Assembly (NCBI GenBank): GCA_964291675.2
Contig: OZ219866.1
Location: 576,001-640,000 of the forward strand
DNA length: 64,000 bases
Reading direction: 5' to 3'
From: Alphaproteobacteria bacterium
Lineage (GTDB): Bacteria > Pseudomonadota > Alphaproteobacteria > MPNO01
Part shown: piece after piece, positions 17,401 to 26,856 of the stretch
Layout of the letters: each line of letters starts with the position of its first letter
Numbering within the stretch: position 1 is the first letter of the stretch
The notes under the pieces: generated by a model
Seen by the model: the letters and a program-made list of their open reading frames with translations, nothing else
Told to the model about the DNA's origin: nothing
The model's database searches: none
Program-made: the position numbers and the translations under genes

Positions 17401-19383
17401 TCAGGCGCCGGCCTCGGCCGCCTTGCCCGCGCGCGCCCGGCGCGGCGCGCCCACCCTGAGCCTGCGGTCGGTGAGGGAGACCGCGCCGCCCGCCGCCATC
17501 ACGACCGCGCCGAGCCAGATCCACGGCACCAGCGGGTTGTGATAGAGCCGCGCGGTCCACGCGCCGGTCGAAGCGCGCTCGCCGAGCACGGCGTAGATGT
17601 CGGCGAGCCAGGTGGTGTGGATCGCCGCTTCGGTGGTCTCGGACCGCTCGGCGGGGTAGCTCCGCTTCTCGGGCCTGAGCACGGCGAGCACGCGGCCGCC
17701 GCGCTCGAGGTCGAAGCGCCCGGTCACCGCGCGGTAGTTGGGCCCCGCCGTCTCCGCCGCGCCGCGGAAGACCAGCCGGTAGCCGGCGAGCTCGGCCGCG
17801 TCGCCGGGTTGCATCGACAGGATGCGCTCGGTCTGCCAGGCGGACGATGCGGTGACGCCGGCCACCACGATGCCGAGCCCGGCATGCGCCAGCGTCATCC
17901 CCCAGGCGCTGCGCGGCAGGCCGGCGGCGCGGCGCAGCACCGCGCCGGGCGCGAGCCGGCCGATACCGATCTTGGCGGCGAGCTCGGCCAGCGCGCCGAC
18001 GAACAGCCACGCGGCCAGGCCGAGCCCGAATGCGGCGAGCAGGTCGCCGCCGCCCGCGCTCCACGCGACCGCAAGCATCGCCGCGACGGCGACGGCGGCG
18101 GCGATGCCGAGCCGGGAGAGCACGCCGGACAGATCGCCGCGCTTCCAGGCGAGCGTCGCGCCGATCGTGCAGGCGAGGAGCAGCGGCACCATGACGGGCA
18201 CGAAGGTCGCCTCGAAGAAGGGCGGGCCGACCGAGACCTTGCCGCCGCCGAGCGCATCGAGGAGCAGCGGGTAGAGCGTGCCGAGGAGGACCACCGCGGT
18301 CGCCGTCGTCAGCAGCAGGTTGTTGAGCACCAGCGCCCCCTCGCGCGAGACCGGGGCGAACAGCCCGCCGCCCCGGAGCCCAGGCGCGCGCACCGCATAG
18401 AGCGCGAGCGCGCCGCCGACGATGAGGACCAGGAGACCGAGGATGAACACGCCGCGCCCCGGATCGGTGGCGAAGGCGTGGACCGAGGTGAGCACGCCCG
18501 AACGCACCAGGAAGGTGCCGAGCAGCGAGAGCCCGAAGGTCAGGATGGCGAGCAGCACCGTCCAGCCCTTCAGCGCGTCGCGCTTCTCCACCACGATGGC
18601 GGAATGGAGCAGCGCGGTGCCGGCGAGCCACGGCATGAAGGAGGCGTTCTCGACCGGGTCCCAGAACCACCAGCCGCCCCAGCCGAGCTCGTAATAGGCC
18701 CACCAGCTGCCGAGCGCGATTCCCACGGTCAGCGCGCACCAGGCGAGCAGCGTCCAGGGGCGGACCCAGCGCGCCCAGGCAGGATCGACCCGGCCCTCGA
18801 TCAGCGCCGCGACGGCGAAGGAGAACGAGATCGAGAACCCGACATAGCCGAGATAGAGAAAGGGCGGGTGGAAGGCGAGGCCGGGATCCTGGAGCAGCGG
18901 GTTGAGACCCTGGCCCTCGACCGGCGCCGGGTCGAGGCGAAGAAACGGGTTGGAGGTGAACAGGATGAAGGCGAAGAAACCCGCCGCCACCAGCCCGTGC
19001 ACGGCCAGCACGCGGGCGCGCAGCGTCGCGGGCAGGTTGTCGCCGAACCCCGCGATCATGGCGCCGAACAAAGTGAGGATCAGCACCCACAGCACCATCG
19101 AGCCCTCGTGGTTGGCCCAGACGCCGGTCACCTTGTAGAGCAGCGGCTTCAGCGTGTGGGAGTGCCGGGAGACCAGCTCGACGGAAAAATCCGACACCAC
19201 GAAGGCGTGGCCGAGCGCGAGGAACGCGACGGCGACGAGGACGAGCTGGACGATCGCCGCCGGCCTCGCCGTCGCCATCAGGGCGGGCTCGCCCCGGGCC
19301 GCGCCGATCATCGGCAGCGTCCCCTGCACCAGCGCCAGCAGGAAGGCGAGGATGAGCGCGAAATGGCCGATCTCGGCGATCAT
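17401..19383 (-). CDS. ccmF: Heme lyase CcmF
   Basis: MIAEIGHFAL; WWAYYELGWGGWWFWDPVENASFMPW; SVHAFA. Confidence 0.97.
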   Translation of the reverse strand: MIAEIGHFALILAFLLALVQGTLPMIGAARGEPALMATARPAAIVQLVLVAVAFLALGHAFVVSDFSVELVSRHSHTLKPLLYKVTGVWANHEGSMVLWVLILTLFGAMIAGFGDNLPATLRARVLAVHGLVAAGFFAFILFTSNPFLRLDPAPVEGQGLNPLLQDPGLAFHPPFLYLGYVGFSISFSFAVAALIEGRVDPAWARWVRPWTLLAWCALTVGIALGSWWAYYELGWGGWWFWDPVENASFMPWLAGTALLHSAIVVEKRDALKGWTVLLAILTFGLSLLGTFLVRSGVLTSVHAFATDPGRGVFILGLLVLIVGGALALYAVRAPGLRGGGLFAPVSREGALVLNNLLLTTATAVVLLGTLYPLLLDALGGGKVSVGPPFFEATFVPVMVPLLLACTIGATLAWKRGDLSGVLSRLGIAAAVAVAAMLAVAWSAGGGDLLAAFGLGLAAWLFVGALAELAAKIGIGRLAPGAVLRRAAGLPRSAWGMTLAHAGLGIVVAGVTASSAWQTERILSMQPGDAAELAGYRLVFRGAAETAGPNYRAVTGRFDLERGGRVLAVLRPEKRSYPAERSETTEAAIHTTWLADIYAVLGERASTGAWTARLYHNPLVPWIWLGAVVMAAGGAVSLTDRRLRVGAPRRARAGKAAEAGA

Positions 19384-19832
19384 TCGCCGCCCCCCGGCGC
19401 GCCGCGCCACCGTCCCGATTCCTTCAGCGCGTCGGCCACCTCCTTGGGCATGTAGGTCTCGTCATGCTTGGCGAGCACCTCGTCGGCGCGGAACCGCCCG
19501 TCTTCTTCCAGCCGCCCCTCGGCGACGACGCCCTGGCCCTCGCGGAACAGGTCGGGGAGGACGCCGGTATAGGCGACCTCGATTGTGTTCAGCGTGTCGG
19601 TAACGCGGAAGCTCACGGTCGTCGGATCGGCGGCGCGGAGGACGGAATCCTTGACCACGATGCCGCCGATGCGGAAACGCTGGTTCGGCGGGGGCGCGTG
19701 CGCGGCCACGTCGCTCGGGCTGTAGAAATAGACGATGCTGTCCTCGAAGGCGGCCAGCACCAGGGCCGCCGCGGCGCCCAGCGTCACCATGCCGCAGACC
19801 ACGAAGGCCAGGCGCCGCCGCTTAGGCCGCAT
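19380..19832 (-). CDS. ccmE: Heme chaperone CcmE
   Basis: LPDLFREGQGVV...VLAKHDETYMP. Confidence 0.97.
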   Translation of the reverse strand: MRPKRRRLAFVVCGMVTLGAAAALVLAAFEDSIVYFYSPSDVAAHAPPPNQRFRIGGIVVKDSVLRAADPTTVSFRVTDTLNTIEVAYTGVLPDLFREGQGVVAEGRLEEDGRFRADEVLAKHDETYMPKEVADALKESGRWRGAPGGGE

Positions 19833-20040
19833 CGCCGGTACCGGGGTCGGGGCGGGCGCGCCCGCGCCTCGAACGGCGCGGGCGGTCTTCTTCCAGCTCC
19901 GCGACCTCGCGCCTCAGCGCCCGCAGGCTGCGCACGCTCTGGACGCCGAGCCCGCCGATGACGATCAGGGCGACGGCATAGGCCGGCCAGACGAAGCCCG
20001 CGTAACCGCCCATGGACAGGAATTCGTGGATTTGGGCCAT
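19822..20040 (-). CDS. ccmD: Heme exporter protein CcmD
   Basis: EFLSMGGYAGFVWPAY plus TM helix, between ccmC and ccmE. Confidence 0.9.
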   Translation of the reverse strand: MAQIHEFLSMGGYAGFVWPAYAVALIVIGGLGVQSVRSLRALRREVAELEEDRPRRSRRGRARPDPGTGDAA

Positions 20041-20085
20041 GTTCCTCGACGTCCGCCCCGGCGTAGACCACGCTCCATCATGCAT

Positions 20086-20862
20086 CTAGGGCAAGCCGGT
20101 TCCGGTGTCCATTCCGGCGGCCGGCGGGGCGTGCGCGCGGGCGTGGCGCAGCGCGCGCAGACGCCGCGCCAGCAGCCCCGCGCGGACCCGGACGAAGAGC
20201 AGCGTCAGGAACAGGCAGAGGAAGCCCGCCGCCATCAGCAGCAGCGGCGCCAGCATCGAGTCGTGGATCGCCGGCGCGCCGATCCGGGTCACGCTGGCCG
20301 GCTGGTGCAGCGTGTTCCACCAGTCGACCGAGAATTTTATCACCGGCAGGTTGACCGCGCCGACCAGGGCCAGGATCGCCGACGACCGGTCGCCGCGCGT
20401 GGTGTTGTCGAAGGCATTGGCGAGCGCGATATAGCCGAGATAGAGAAACAGCAGGATCAGCACCGAGGTCAGCCGCGCGTCCCACACCCACCAGCGCCCC
20501 CAGATCGGCTTGCCCCACAGCATGCCGGTGGCGAGGCAGACGATGGTGAAGCAGGCGCCGATGGGGGCCGCGCCGTGGGCGACGACATGCGCCAGCGGAT
20601 GGCGCCAGATCAGCCCGGCGGCGGCACCGAGCGCCATCGTGGCGTAGCAGAACATGGCCATCCACGCCGCCGGCACGTGGATGTACATGATCCGCACGGT
20701 CTCGCCCTGCTGGTAGTCGGGCGGCGAGAACCCGAGCCCGACCACGAGCCCTGCGCCGATCAGCAGCGCCGCGGCCCAGCCGGTCCAGGGCTGGACGCGG
20801 TCGGCGAGGCGCAGGAACCGCGCCGGGCTGGCAAATCCGTGCAGGTTCGACACGAAGCTCAT
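20086..20862 (-). CDS. ccmC: Heme exporter protein CcmC
   Basis: RIMYIHVP, WGKPIWGRWWVWDARLTS, WWNTLHQ. Confidence 0.96.
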   Translation of the reverse strand: MSFVSNLHGFASPARFLRLADRVQPWTGWAAALLIGAGLVVGLGFSPPDYQQGETVRIMYIHVPAAWMAMFCYATMALGAAAGLIWRHPLAHVVAHGAAPIGACFTIVCLATGMLWGKPIWGRWWVWDARLTSVLILLFLYLGYIALANAFDNTTRGDRSSAILALVGAVNLPVIKFSVDWWNTLHQPASVTRIGAPAIHDSMLAPLLLMAAGFLCLFLTLLFVRVRAGLLARRLRALRHARAHAPPAAGMDTGTGLP

Positions 20863-20924
20863 CCGCTACCCTCGCGAATACGACCATACGGAAATAGTAA
20901 TCCCGGCGAGCGCGCTCAATGCGG

Positions 20925-21590
20925 TCATTCCAGCGCCTGGCGGACCGCCGACGCCGACGCCCAGGGGCACAGCGCGGAGGCGGCGAGCGCCAGCGCCGCC
21001 AGCACCATCAGATGCTGGCGGACGGGGTGGCCGGCGATCGCCGCATCGACCGCGGCGGCACCGAAGATCAGCACCGGGATCAGCAGCGGCAGCACCAGGA
21101 TCGACAGCAGCACCCCGCCGCGCCGCGCCCCCAGGGTCAGCGCCGCGCCGACGCCGCCGATCAGGCTGACGGTCGGCGTCCCCAGCGCCATCGCCGCGAC
21201 CAGGGCGACATAGCCGCCGCCGCCGAGATCGAGCAGCAGGGCGAGCAGCGGGCTGGCGACGACCAGGGGGACGCAGGTGGTCAGCCAGTGGGCGAGCATC
21301 TTGGCGCCGACGACCAGCGGCAGCGCGAGCGGGCAGAGCGCCAGCACCTCGAAGCTGCCGTCCTCGTAGTCGCCGAGGAACAGGCGCTCCAGCGAGAGCA
21401 TCGCGGCCAGCAGGGCGGCGACCCAGAGCACGCCGGCGGCGACGCGGGCGAGCAGATTGGCTTCGGGCCCGATCCCGAAGGGAAAGAGCAGCGCGGCGAG
21501 AACGAAGAACATCGCCGCGGTCGCGGCCTCGCCGGGCTCGCGGATGGCGAGCCTGAGCTCGCGCCCGAGCGCGGCGGCGAAGGCGGTCAC
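20925..21590 (-). CDS. ccmB: Heme exporter protein CcmB
   Basis: LFPFGIGPE, LERLFLGDYEDGS, LPLLIPVLIFG; GTG start overlapping ccmA stop. Confidence 0.93.
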   Translation of the reverse strand: MTAFAAALGRELRLAIREPGEAATAAMFFVLAALLFPFGIGPEANLLARVAAGVLWVAALLAAMLSLERLFLGDYEDGSFEVLALCPLALPLVVGAKMLAHWLTTCVPLVVASPLLALLLDLGGGGYVALVAAMALGTPTVSLIGGVGAALTLGARRGGVLLSILVLPLLIPVLIFGAAAVDAAIAGHPVRQHLMVLAALALAASALCPWASASAVRQALE

Positions 21591-22246
21591 GCCTGGACCG
21601 CCGGATCGGCGGCGTGGCGGCCGATATCGAGCTCCGCCGCATCGCCGAGATCGAGCGGGGCGTTGGTCGAGACCACGCAGCGACCGCCCGCGGCGCAGTG
21701 TTCGCGGATCTCCGCAAGCACCGCCGCGACCGCCTCGCCGTCGAGCGCCACGGTCGGCTCGTCCAGCAGCCAGAGCGGCGCCTCCGCCACCGCGATGCGC
21801 GCGAGCGCGAGCCGTCTGCGCTGCCCGGCCGACAGGAACCGGGCCGGCAGGTCGGCGAGCGGGGCGAGGCCGAACAGATCGAGCGCCCGGCCGATCCCGC
21901 CGCGCCCGCCGCGCAGCGCGGCCCAGAAGCGCAGATTCTCGGCCACGGTGAGCGCGAGCTTCACCGCGTCGAGATGGCCGACATAGTGGAGCCGCGCCGC
22001 ATGCGCGTCCCGGTCGTCGGCGATGTCGGCGCCCTGCCATTCGACGGTGCCGGATACCGGGGCGAGCAGCCCGGCCATGATGCGCAGCAGGCTCGACTTG
22101 CCGCTGCCGTTGGGTCCGGTCAGCACCAGGGTCGCGCCGGGGGCGAGCGCGAAGTCGAGCCCGGAGAACACCCAGCGGTCGCCGCGCATGCAGTCGAGCG
22201 CGCGGCCCGAGAACGCCGTCGCCGGATCTGGGCTCGCGCGGTTCAC
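21587..22246 (-). CDS. ccmA: Heme ABC exporter ATPase CcmA
   Basis: GPNGSGKSS Walker A, LSAGQRRR, LWLLDEP. Confidence 0.93.
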   Translation of the reverse strand: MNRASPDPATAFSGRALDCMRGDRWVFSGLDFALAPGATLVLTGPNGSGKSSLLRIMAGLLAPVSGTVEWQGADIADDRDAHAARLHYVGHLDAVKLALTVAENLRFWAALRGGRGGIGRALDLFGLAPLADLPARFLSAGQRRRLALARIAVAEAPLWLLDEPTVALDGEAVAAVLAEIREHCAAGGRCVVSTNAPLDLGDAAELDIGRHAADPAVQA

Positions 22247-22263
22247 CGCGAGGCGGGCATGCT

Positions 22264-23043
22264 CTAGCGCCGTTCCTCGTAGGACGGGCGCAGGTTCTCG
22301 ATCATCGCCACCAGCCCGTCGAGCGCGGCGTCGATGAAGGCCGTCCCCTGCCCGGCGCTGGCGACATGCGGGTTGCCGAAGATCGAGGCGTGGTTGGTCG
22401 CCGGGTTCGGACGTCTTCGATAGGTGCGCGAGGGCTCGACCGGGGCCACCAGGTCCCAGCCGACGAGCGGCGTGTAGACCCCCTCGATGCGGTCCATCTT
22501 GACCAGCTCCGGCCTTGTGGCGAGCTGGAAGGAGGTCTCGAACTCCCCGCCATGGCCCATCCCGCCGACTTCCGAGCTGCGCAGCGCGTCGATCCCGGCC
22601 GCGCCGGGCTCCCAGTAGCTCACCGCCGTCACCTGGAAGTCGTGCGCCTCGTCGAGATCGTCGACCAGGCGGCGCGCGACGGCGTCGTTCGACGTGCCGT
22701 TGGGCCGGTTGCCGTTGAGGATCAGGAGGTCGGCAAAACCCTGCCTGACCAGCGCCGCGCCGATTTCGTAGACCAGCTCTTGGTAGGTCGGGATCGAGAG
22801 CGAGACCGTGCCGGGAAAGTGCTCGAAGGTCTTGGAGACCGCATAGGGCACGGCCGGCGCGACCACCGCGCCGACCCGCTCGGCAAGGCGGACCGCCATG
22901 TGGTCGGCCTGGTGGGTGTCGGTGTCGCAGGGCATGTGCGGCCCGTGCGACTCGGTCGCCCCGGTCGGCAGGATGACCAGCCTGCCCGCCTCGATCGCCG
23001 CGCGCACCTCTTCATGGGTCATGTGGGCGAGGCGGACCTCCAT
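22264..23043 (-). CDS. Creatininase-family amidohydrolase
   Basis: LPTGATESHGPHMPCDTD, HFPGTVSL, GHGGEFETS. Confidence 0.88.
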   Translation of the reverse strand: MEVRLAHMTHEEVRAAIEAGRLVILPTGATESHGPHMPCDTDTHQADHMAVRLAERVGAVVAPAVPYAVSKTFEHFPGTVSLSIPTYQELVYEIGAALVRQGFADLLILNGNRPNGTSNDAVARRLVDDLDEAHDFQVTAVSYWEPGAAGIDALRSSEVGGMGHGGEFETSFQLATRPELVKMDRIEGVYTPLVGWDLVAPVEPSRTYRRRPNPATNHASIFGNPHVASAGQGTAFIDAALDGLVAMIENLRPSYEERR

Positions 23044-25442
23044 CAGCGCGACCGCGCCGCCGTCAACAGGCGGTGGATCATGTCGGGCGACATCGGCGAT
23101 TCGCGCACCGGCGCGATGCCGAGCGGCGCGAAGGCGTCCTCCATCGCCGAGGCGACGACCTGCGAGACCGGGATGGTGCCGGCCTCGCCGACGCCCTTGA
23201 TGCCGAGCGGGTTGAGCGGCGAGGGCGTCTCCATGTGGAGGATCTCGGCGTCCGGCACCTCGGTCGCGTAGGGCATCAGGAAGTCCATGAAATTGGCGGC
23301 GAGCGGGGTGCCGTTCTCGTCGAACGCGCAACGTTCGTAGAACGCCCCGCCGATCCCCTGGCCGATGCCGCCCATCACCTGCCCCTCGACGATCATCGGG
23401 TTGATCATGTTGCCGCAGTCGTGGATGCAGAGATAGCGCCTGATGTCCATCGCGCAGGTGTCGGGAAAGAACTCGACGATCGCGGCATGGACGCCATAGG
23501 CCCAGGTGGCGTGCGACGGGCTGAAATAGTCGGTCTCCTCGATCCCCGGCGCCGTGCCTTCGGCGAGCGGCGGGCCGTCATGGGTGGACGCCGGCGCGAA
23601 CTGCGTCGCGGTCTGCGACGCCTCGTTGAAGGCGTAGCGCAGCGGGTTCGACGCGGTGGCGATCTCGGCCAGCGACACCGAGCGGTTGCCGTCGACGATC
23701 CAGGCGCGCCCGTCGCGCAGATCGATCGAATCCTCATCGGTCTCCAGCATGTTGGCGGCGGCGGCGACGATGCGGGCGCGCGCCTTGACGGCCGCCTTGT
23801 GGATGGCGTTGCCGCTGACCACCGCGGCGCGGCTCGCGAACGTCGCCACCCCCCATTCATGCGCCTGGGTGTCGCCCTCGACGAAGATCACGTCCTGCAC
23901 GTCGCAGCCCACCTGGTCGGCGGCGATCTGGGCGAACACCGTCTCGTGCCCTTGGCCCTGGCTGGTCAGGCCGGTGGTGACGTAGACCTTGCCGGTGATC
24001 GGGTGGATTTTGACGTGGCCCCCCTCATAGGGGCCGAGCCCGGTCCCCTCGACATAGAAGCCGATCCCGAAGCCGAGATAGCGGCCCGCGGCGCGGGCGG
24101 CCTCCTGCTCCTCGCGGAAGGCGGCGAGGTCGATTGTCCCGGTAATCAGGTCGAGCGCCTTCTCGTACTCGCCCGAATCGTAGTTCACGGCCAGCCCGTC
24201 GGCGAACAGCAGCCCGTCCCGCACATAGGGGAACTCGCCCGGCCCGATGAAGTTGCGCCGGCGGATCTCGATCCGGTCGATGCCGAGCTCGTCGGCCAGC
24301 TGGTCGAGGGCGCGCTCGATCGCGAAGCAGGCCTGCGGCCGGCCGCAGCCGCGATAGGGGGTGACCTGGACGCAGGGCGTGTAGACCAGGGTCATCTCCA
24401 CCCAGATGTCGGGAATCCGGTAGGGCCCGGCGATCGAGGTCGAGGCGACCTGGGCGACGGCGATGCCGTAGGGGATGAAGGCGCCGGTGTCGTGGATGAA
24501 GGAGTCGCGAAGCGCGAGCACCGTCCCGTCCTTGTTCGCGGCGAGCGAGATCTCGTGGATCTGGGCGCGCTCCTGGCTCGCGCCGACGAAATTCTCCACC
24601 CGGTCCTCGATGTATTTCACCGGGCGGTCGAGCTGCATCGCCGCATGGGGAACGAGGATCTCGTCGGCGTGGAACATCATGATCTTCTGGCCGAACCCGC
24701 CGCCGACATTGGGCGCGATGACCCGGATCCGGTCCTCGTCGATGCCGAACAGCGAGGCGAGCCCGCCGCGCACCGAGATCGTCGCCTGCGTCGAATCCCA
24801 CACCGTGAGCTCGCCCGTCACCCCGTCCCAGCGGGCGGCGACGGCGCGGCACTCCATCGGCGCGGCGGTGGACCGCTCCGACCGGACGCGCACCGTCGTG
24901 GTGTGCTCGGCCTCGGCGAAGGCGGCGTCGGCATCGCCGCTCCCCTGGATGAAGTGGGCGGCGACGTTGTTGGGGATGTCGTCATGCACCAGCGGCGCGC
25001 CGTCGGCGATGGCCTTCTCCAGATCGAGCTCGACGGGCAGCGGCTCGTACTCGACCTCGATCGCCGCGCAGGCGTCCTCCGCGGTGTAACGGTCGACGGC
25101 GACCACCATGGCGATGCACTGGCCGGCGTAGAACACGTCGTCCCGGGCCAGCGGCCGCTGGGTCTTGCCGCCCGCGACGATGCAGGGGTGCGGGATCAGC
25201 AGCGGCAGCTCGACATCGAGGTCGCCGATAGTGTCGGCCGTGTAGACGGCGACCACGTCGGGCAGCGCCTCGGCCGCGGAAGTGTCGATCGAGCGGATCC
25301 TGGCGCGCGCGTGCTGGCTCCTCACGAACGCCGCGTGCAGCGCGCCGGGGAGCGAGATGTCGTCGATGAACGCGCCCTCGCCCTTGAGCAAAGCGGGGTC
25401 CGCGTTGCGCTGGACCGGTTCGCCGAACTGCCGTGTCGACAT
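23043..25442 (-). CDS. Xanthine dehydrogenase-family Mo hydroxylase large subunit (CoxL-like)
   Basis: VGGGFGQK, PYRGCGRPQ, QGQGHET, DCGNMINPMIVEGQ, KGVGEAG. Confidence 0.93.
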   Translation of the reverse strand: MSTRQFGEPVQRNADPALLKGEGAFIDDISLPGALHAAFVRSQHARARIRSIDTSAAEALPDVVAVYTADTIGDLDVELPLLIPHPCIVAGGKTQRPLARDDVFYAGQCIAMVVAVDRYTAEDACAAIEVEYEPLPVELDLEKAIADGAPLVHDDIPNNVAAHFIQGSGDADAAFAEAEHTTTVRVRSERSTAAPMECRAVAARWDGVTGELTVWDSTQATISVRGGLASLFGIDEDRIRVIAPNVGGGFGQKIMMFHADEILVPHAAMQLDRPVKYIEDRVENFVGASQERAQIHEISLAANKDGTVLALRDSFIHDTGAFIPYGIAVAQVASTSIAGPYRIPDIWVEMTLVYTPCVQVTPYRGCGRPQACFAIERALDQLADELGIDRIEIRRRNFIGPGEFPYVRDGLLFADGLAVNYDSGEYEKALDLITGTIDLAAFREEQEAARAAGRYLGFGIGFYVEGTGLGPYEGGHVKIHPITGKVYVTTGLTSQGQGHETVFAQIAADQVGCDVQDVIFVEGDTQAHEWGVATFASRAAVVSGNAIHKAAVKARARIVAAAANMLETDEDSIDLRDGRAWIVDGNRSVSLAEIATASNPLRYAFNEASQTATQFAPASTHDGPPLAEGTAPGIEETDYFSPSHATWAYGVHAAIVEFFPDTCAMDIRRYLCIHDCGNMINPMIVEGQVMGGIGQGIGGAFYERCAFDENGTPLAANFMDFLMPYATEVPDAEILHMETPSPLNPLGIKGVGEAGTIPVSQVVASAMEDAFAPLGIAPVRESPMSPDMIHRLLTAARSR

Positions 25443-25452
25443 GCGCTCCTCC

Positions 25453-25989
25453 TCAGCCTTCGGCCGCGTTCATCAGCTCGACCGAGCGGCGGAACGCCTT
25501 GACGATATTGCTGTAGCCGGTGCAGCGGCAGAGATTGCCCGACAGCACCTCGCGGATCGCCGTCTCCGAGAGGTCGGGCTCGGGCGTCTCCCCGAGATAG
25601 CTCAGCATCGACATCACGAAGCCCGGCGTGCAGTAGCCGCATTGCAGGCCGTGGCACTCCATCATCGCCTGCTGGATCGGGTGCAGCGTGCCGTCCTCGG
25701 CGGCGACGCCCTCGATGGTGCGGATCTCGGCGCCGTCGGCCTGCACCGCGAAGGCGAGGCAGGACCGCCCGGCGCGGCCGTCGATCAGCACCGTGCAGCA
25801 GCCGCACACCCCGTGCTCGCAGCCGACATGGGTGCCGGTGAGGCCGAGCTCGTGGCGGATGAAGTCGCTCAAGAGCATGCGCGGGCTCGCCTCGCGGGTG
25901 ACGGTCTCGCCGTTGACGGTCAGCGTCACCGGGATCTTCGGATCGGAGGAGGAGGCGGGGATCGCCTTCTTCAGCACGCTCTTCGCCAT
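25453..25989 (-). CDS. Mo hydroxylase 2Fe-2S subunit (CoxS-like)
   Basis: GCEHGVCGCCTV; QCGYCTPG; NLCRCTGY. Confidence 0.95.
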   Translation of the reverse strand: MAKSVLKKAIPASSSDPKIPVTLTVNGETVTREASPRMLLSDFIRHELGLTGTHVGCEHGVCGCCTVLIDGRAGRSCLAFAVQADGAEIRTIEGVAAEDGTLHPIQQAMMECHGLQCGYCTPGFVMSMLSYLGETPEPDLSETAIREVLSGNLCRCTGYSNIVKAFRRSVELMNAAEG

Positions 25990-25992
25990 CGT

Positions 25993-26856
25993 CTAGCCTC
26001 CCGCCCGCTCTGCGGCCGTCGCCGCGGTCCGCCGCACCAGCGCCGCCAGCAGGTCCCTGCGGTACGCCTCGCCCGCCTGCATGTCGGCGGGCGCGGTGAC
26101 GTATTCCTTCGCCGCCTCGCCGGCCGCCGCGCGCGCCGCCTCGTCGACCGCGCGGCCGGCGAGCGCGTCCTCGGCGGCGGCGAGCCGGACCGGCCTGGCG
26201 CCGATGCCGCAGGCCGCGATCCGCGCCTCGCGGCACACGCCGCCCTCGATCGCAAGCAGGGTGCAGACCCCGGCGAGCGCATAGTCGCCGCGGCGCCGGG
26301 CGAATTCCTCGAACGCATATCCGGTCGCCGGGGCCAGGGCGGGGATGCGCACCTCGGTCAGGATCTCGGCCCGGTCGAGGCTGGTGGTCATGTGGAAGCG
26401 GAACAGGTCCTCGGCCGCGATCTCGCGGCTGCCGCCCGGACCCGCGACCGTCACCGCGCCGCCGGCCGCGACCAGCAGGCAGGGCAGCTCGGCCGCGGCA
26501 TCGGCATGGGCGATGCTGCCGCCGACGGTGCCCCGGTTGCGGATCGCGATATGGGCTACGTTGTCGAGCACCTCGCCGATCAGCGGGTTGGCGGCGTTGG
26601 CCGCGGCGTGGGTCTCGAGCTCGCGGTGCCGGGTCATGGCGCCGATGCGGATCGTCCCGCCCTCCACCGCGATCCCCCGGAGCGCCGCGATCCGCCGCAG
26701 ATCGACCAGCCGGCCCGGGGTGGCGAGCCGAAAATTCATCGTCGGGATCAGGCTCTGCCCGCCGGCGAGCGGGCGCGCGGTCTCGTCCCCGGCGAGCGCC
26801 GCCACCGCAGCCTCGACGGTCTCCGGCGCGACGTAGTCGAACAGCGCGGGCTTCAC
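25993..26856 (-). CDS. Mo hydroxylase FAD subunit (CoxM-like)
   Basis: MKPALFDY, LAGGQSLIP, IRNRGTVGGSIAHAD. Confidence 0.93.
   Translation of the reverse strand: MKPALFDYVAPETVEAAVAALAGDETARPLAGGQSLIPTMNFRLATPGRLVDLRRIAALRGIAVEGGTIRIGAMTRHRELETHAAANAANPLIGEVLDNVAHIAIRNRGTVGGSIAHADAAAELPCLLVAAGGAVTVAGPGGSREIAAEDLFRFHMTTSLDRAEILTEVRIPALAPATGYAFEEFARRRGDYALAGVCTLLAIEGGVCREARIAACGIGARPVRLAAAEDALAGRAVDEAARAAAGEAAKEYVTAPADMQAGEAYRRDLLAALVRRTAATAAERAGG

Noticed and set aside
20866-20928. 20-codon ORF between ccmB and ccmC
   Set aside because: Too short with no supporting features; probably spacer DNA.
23043-26856. Aerobic CO dehydrogenase
   Set aside because: Lacks the form I AYxCSFR motif and cox accessory genes.
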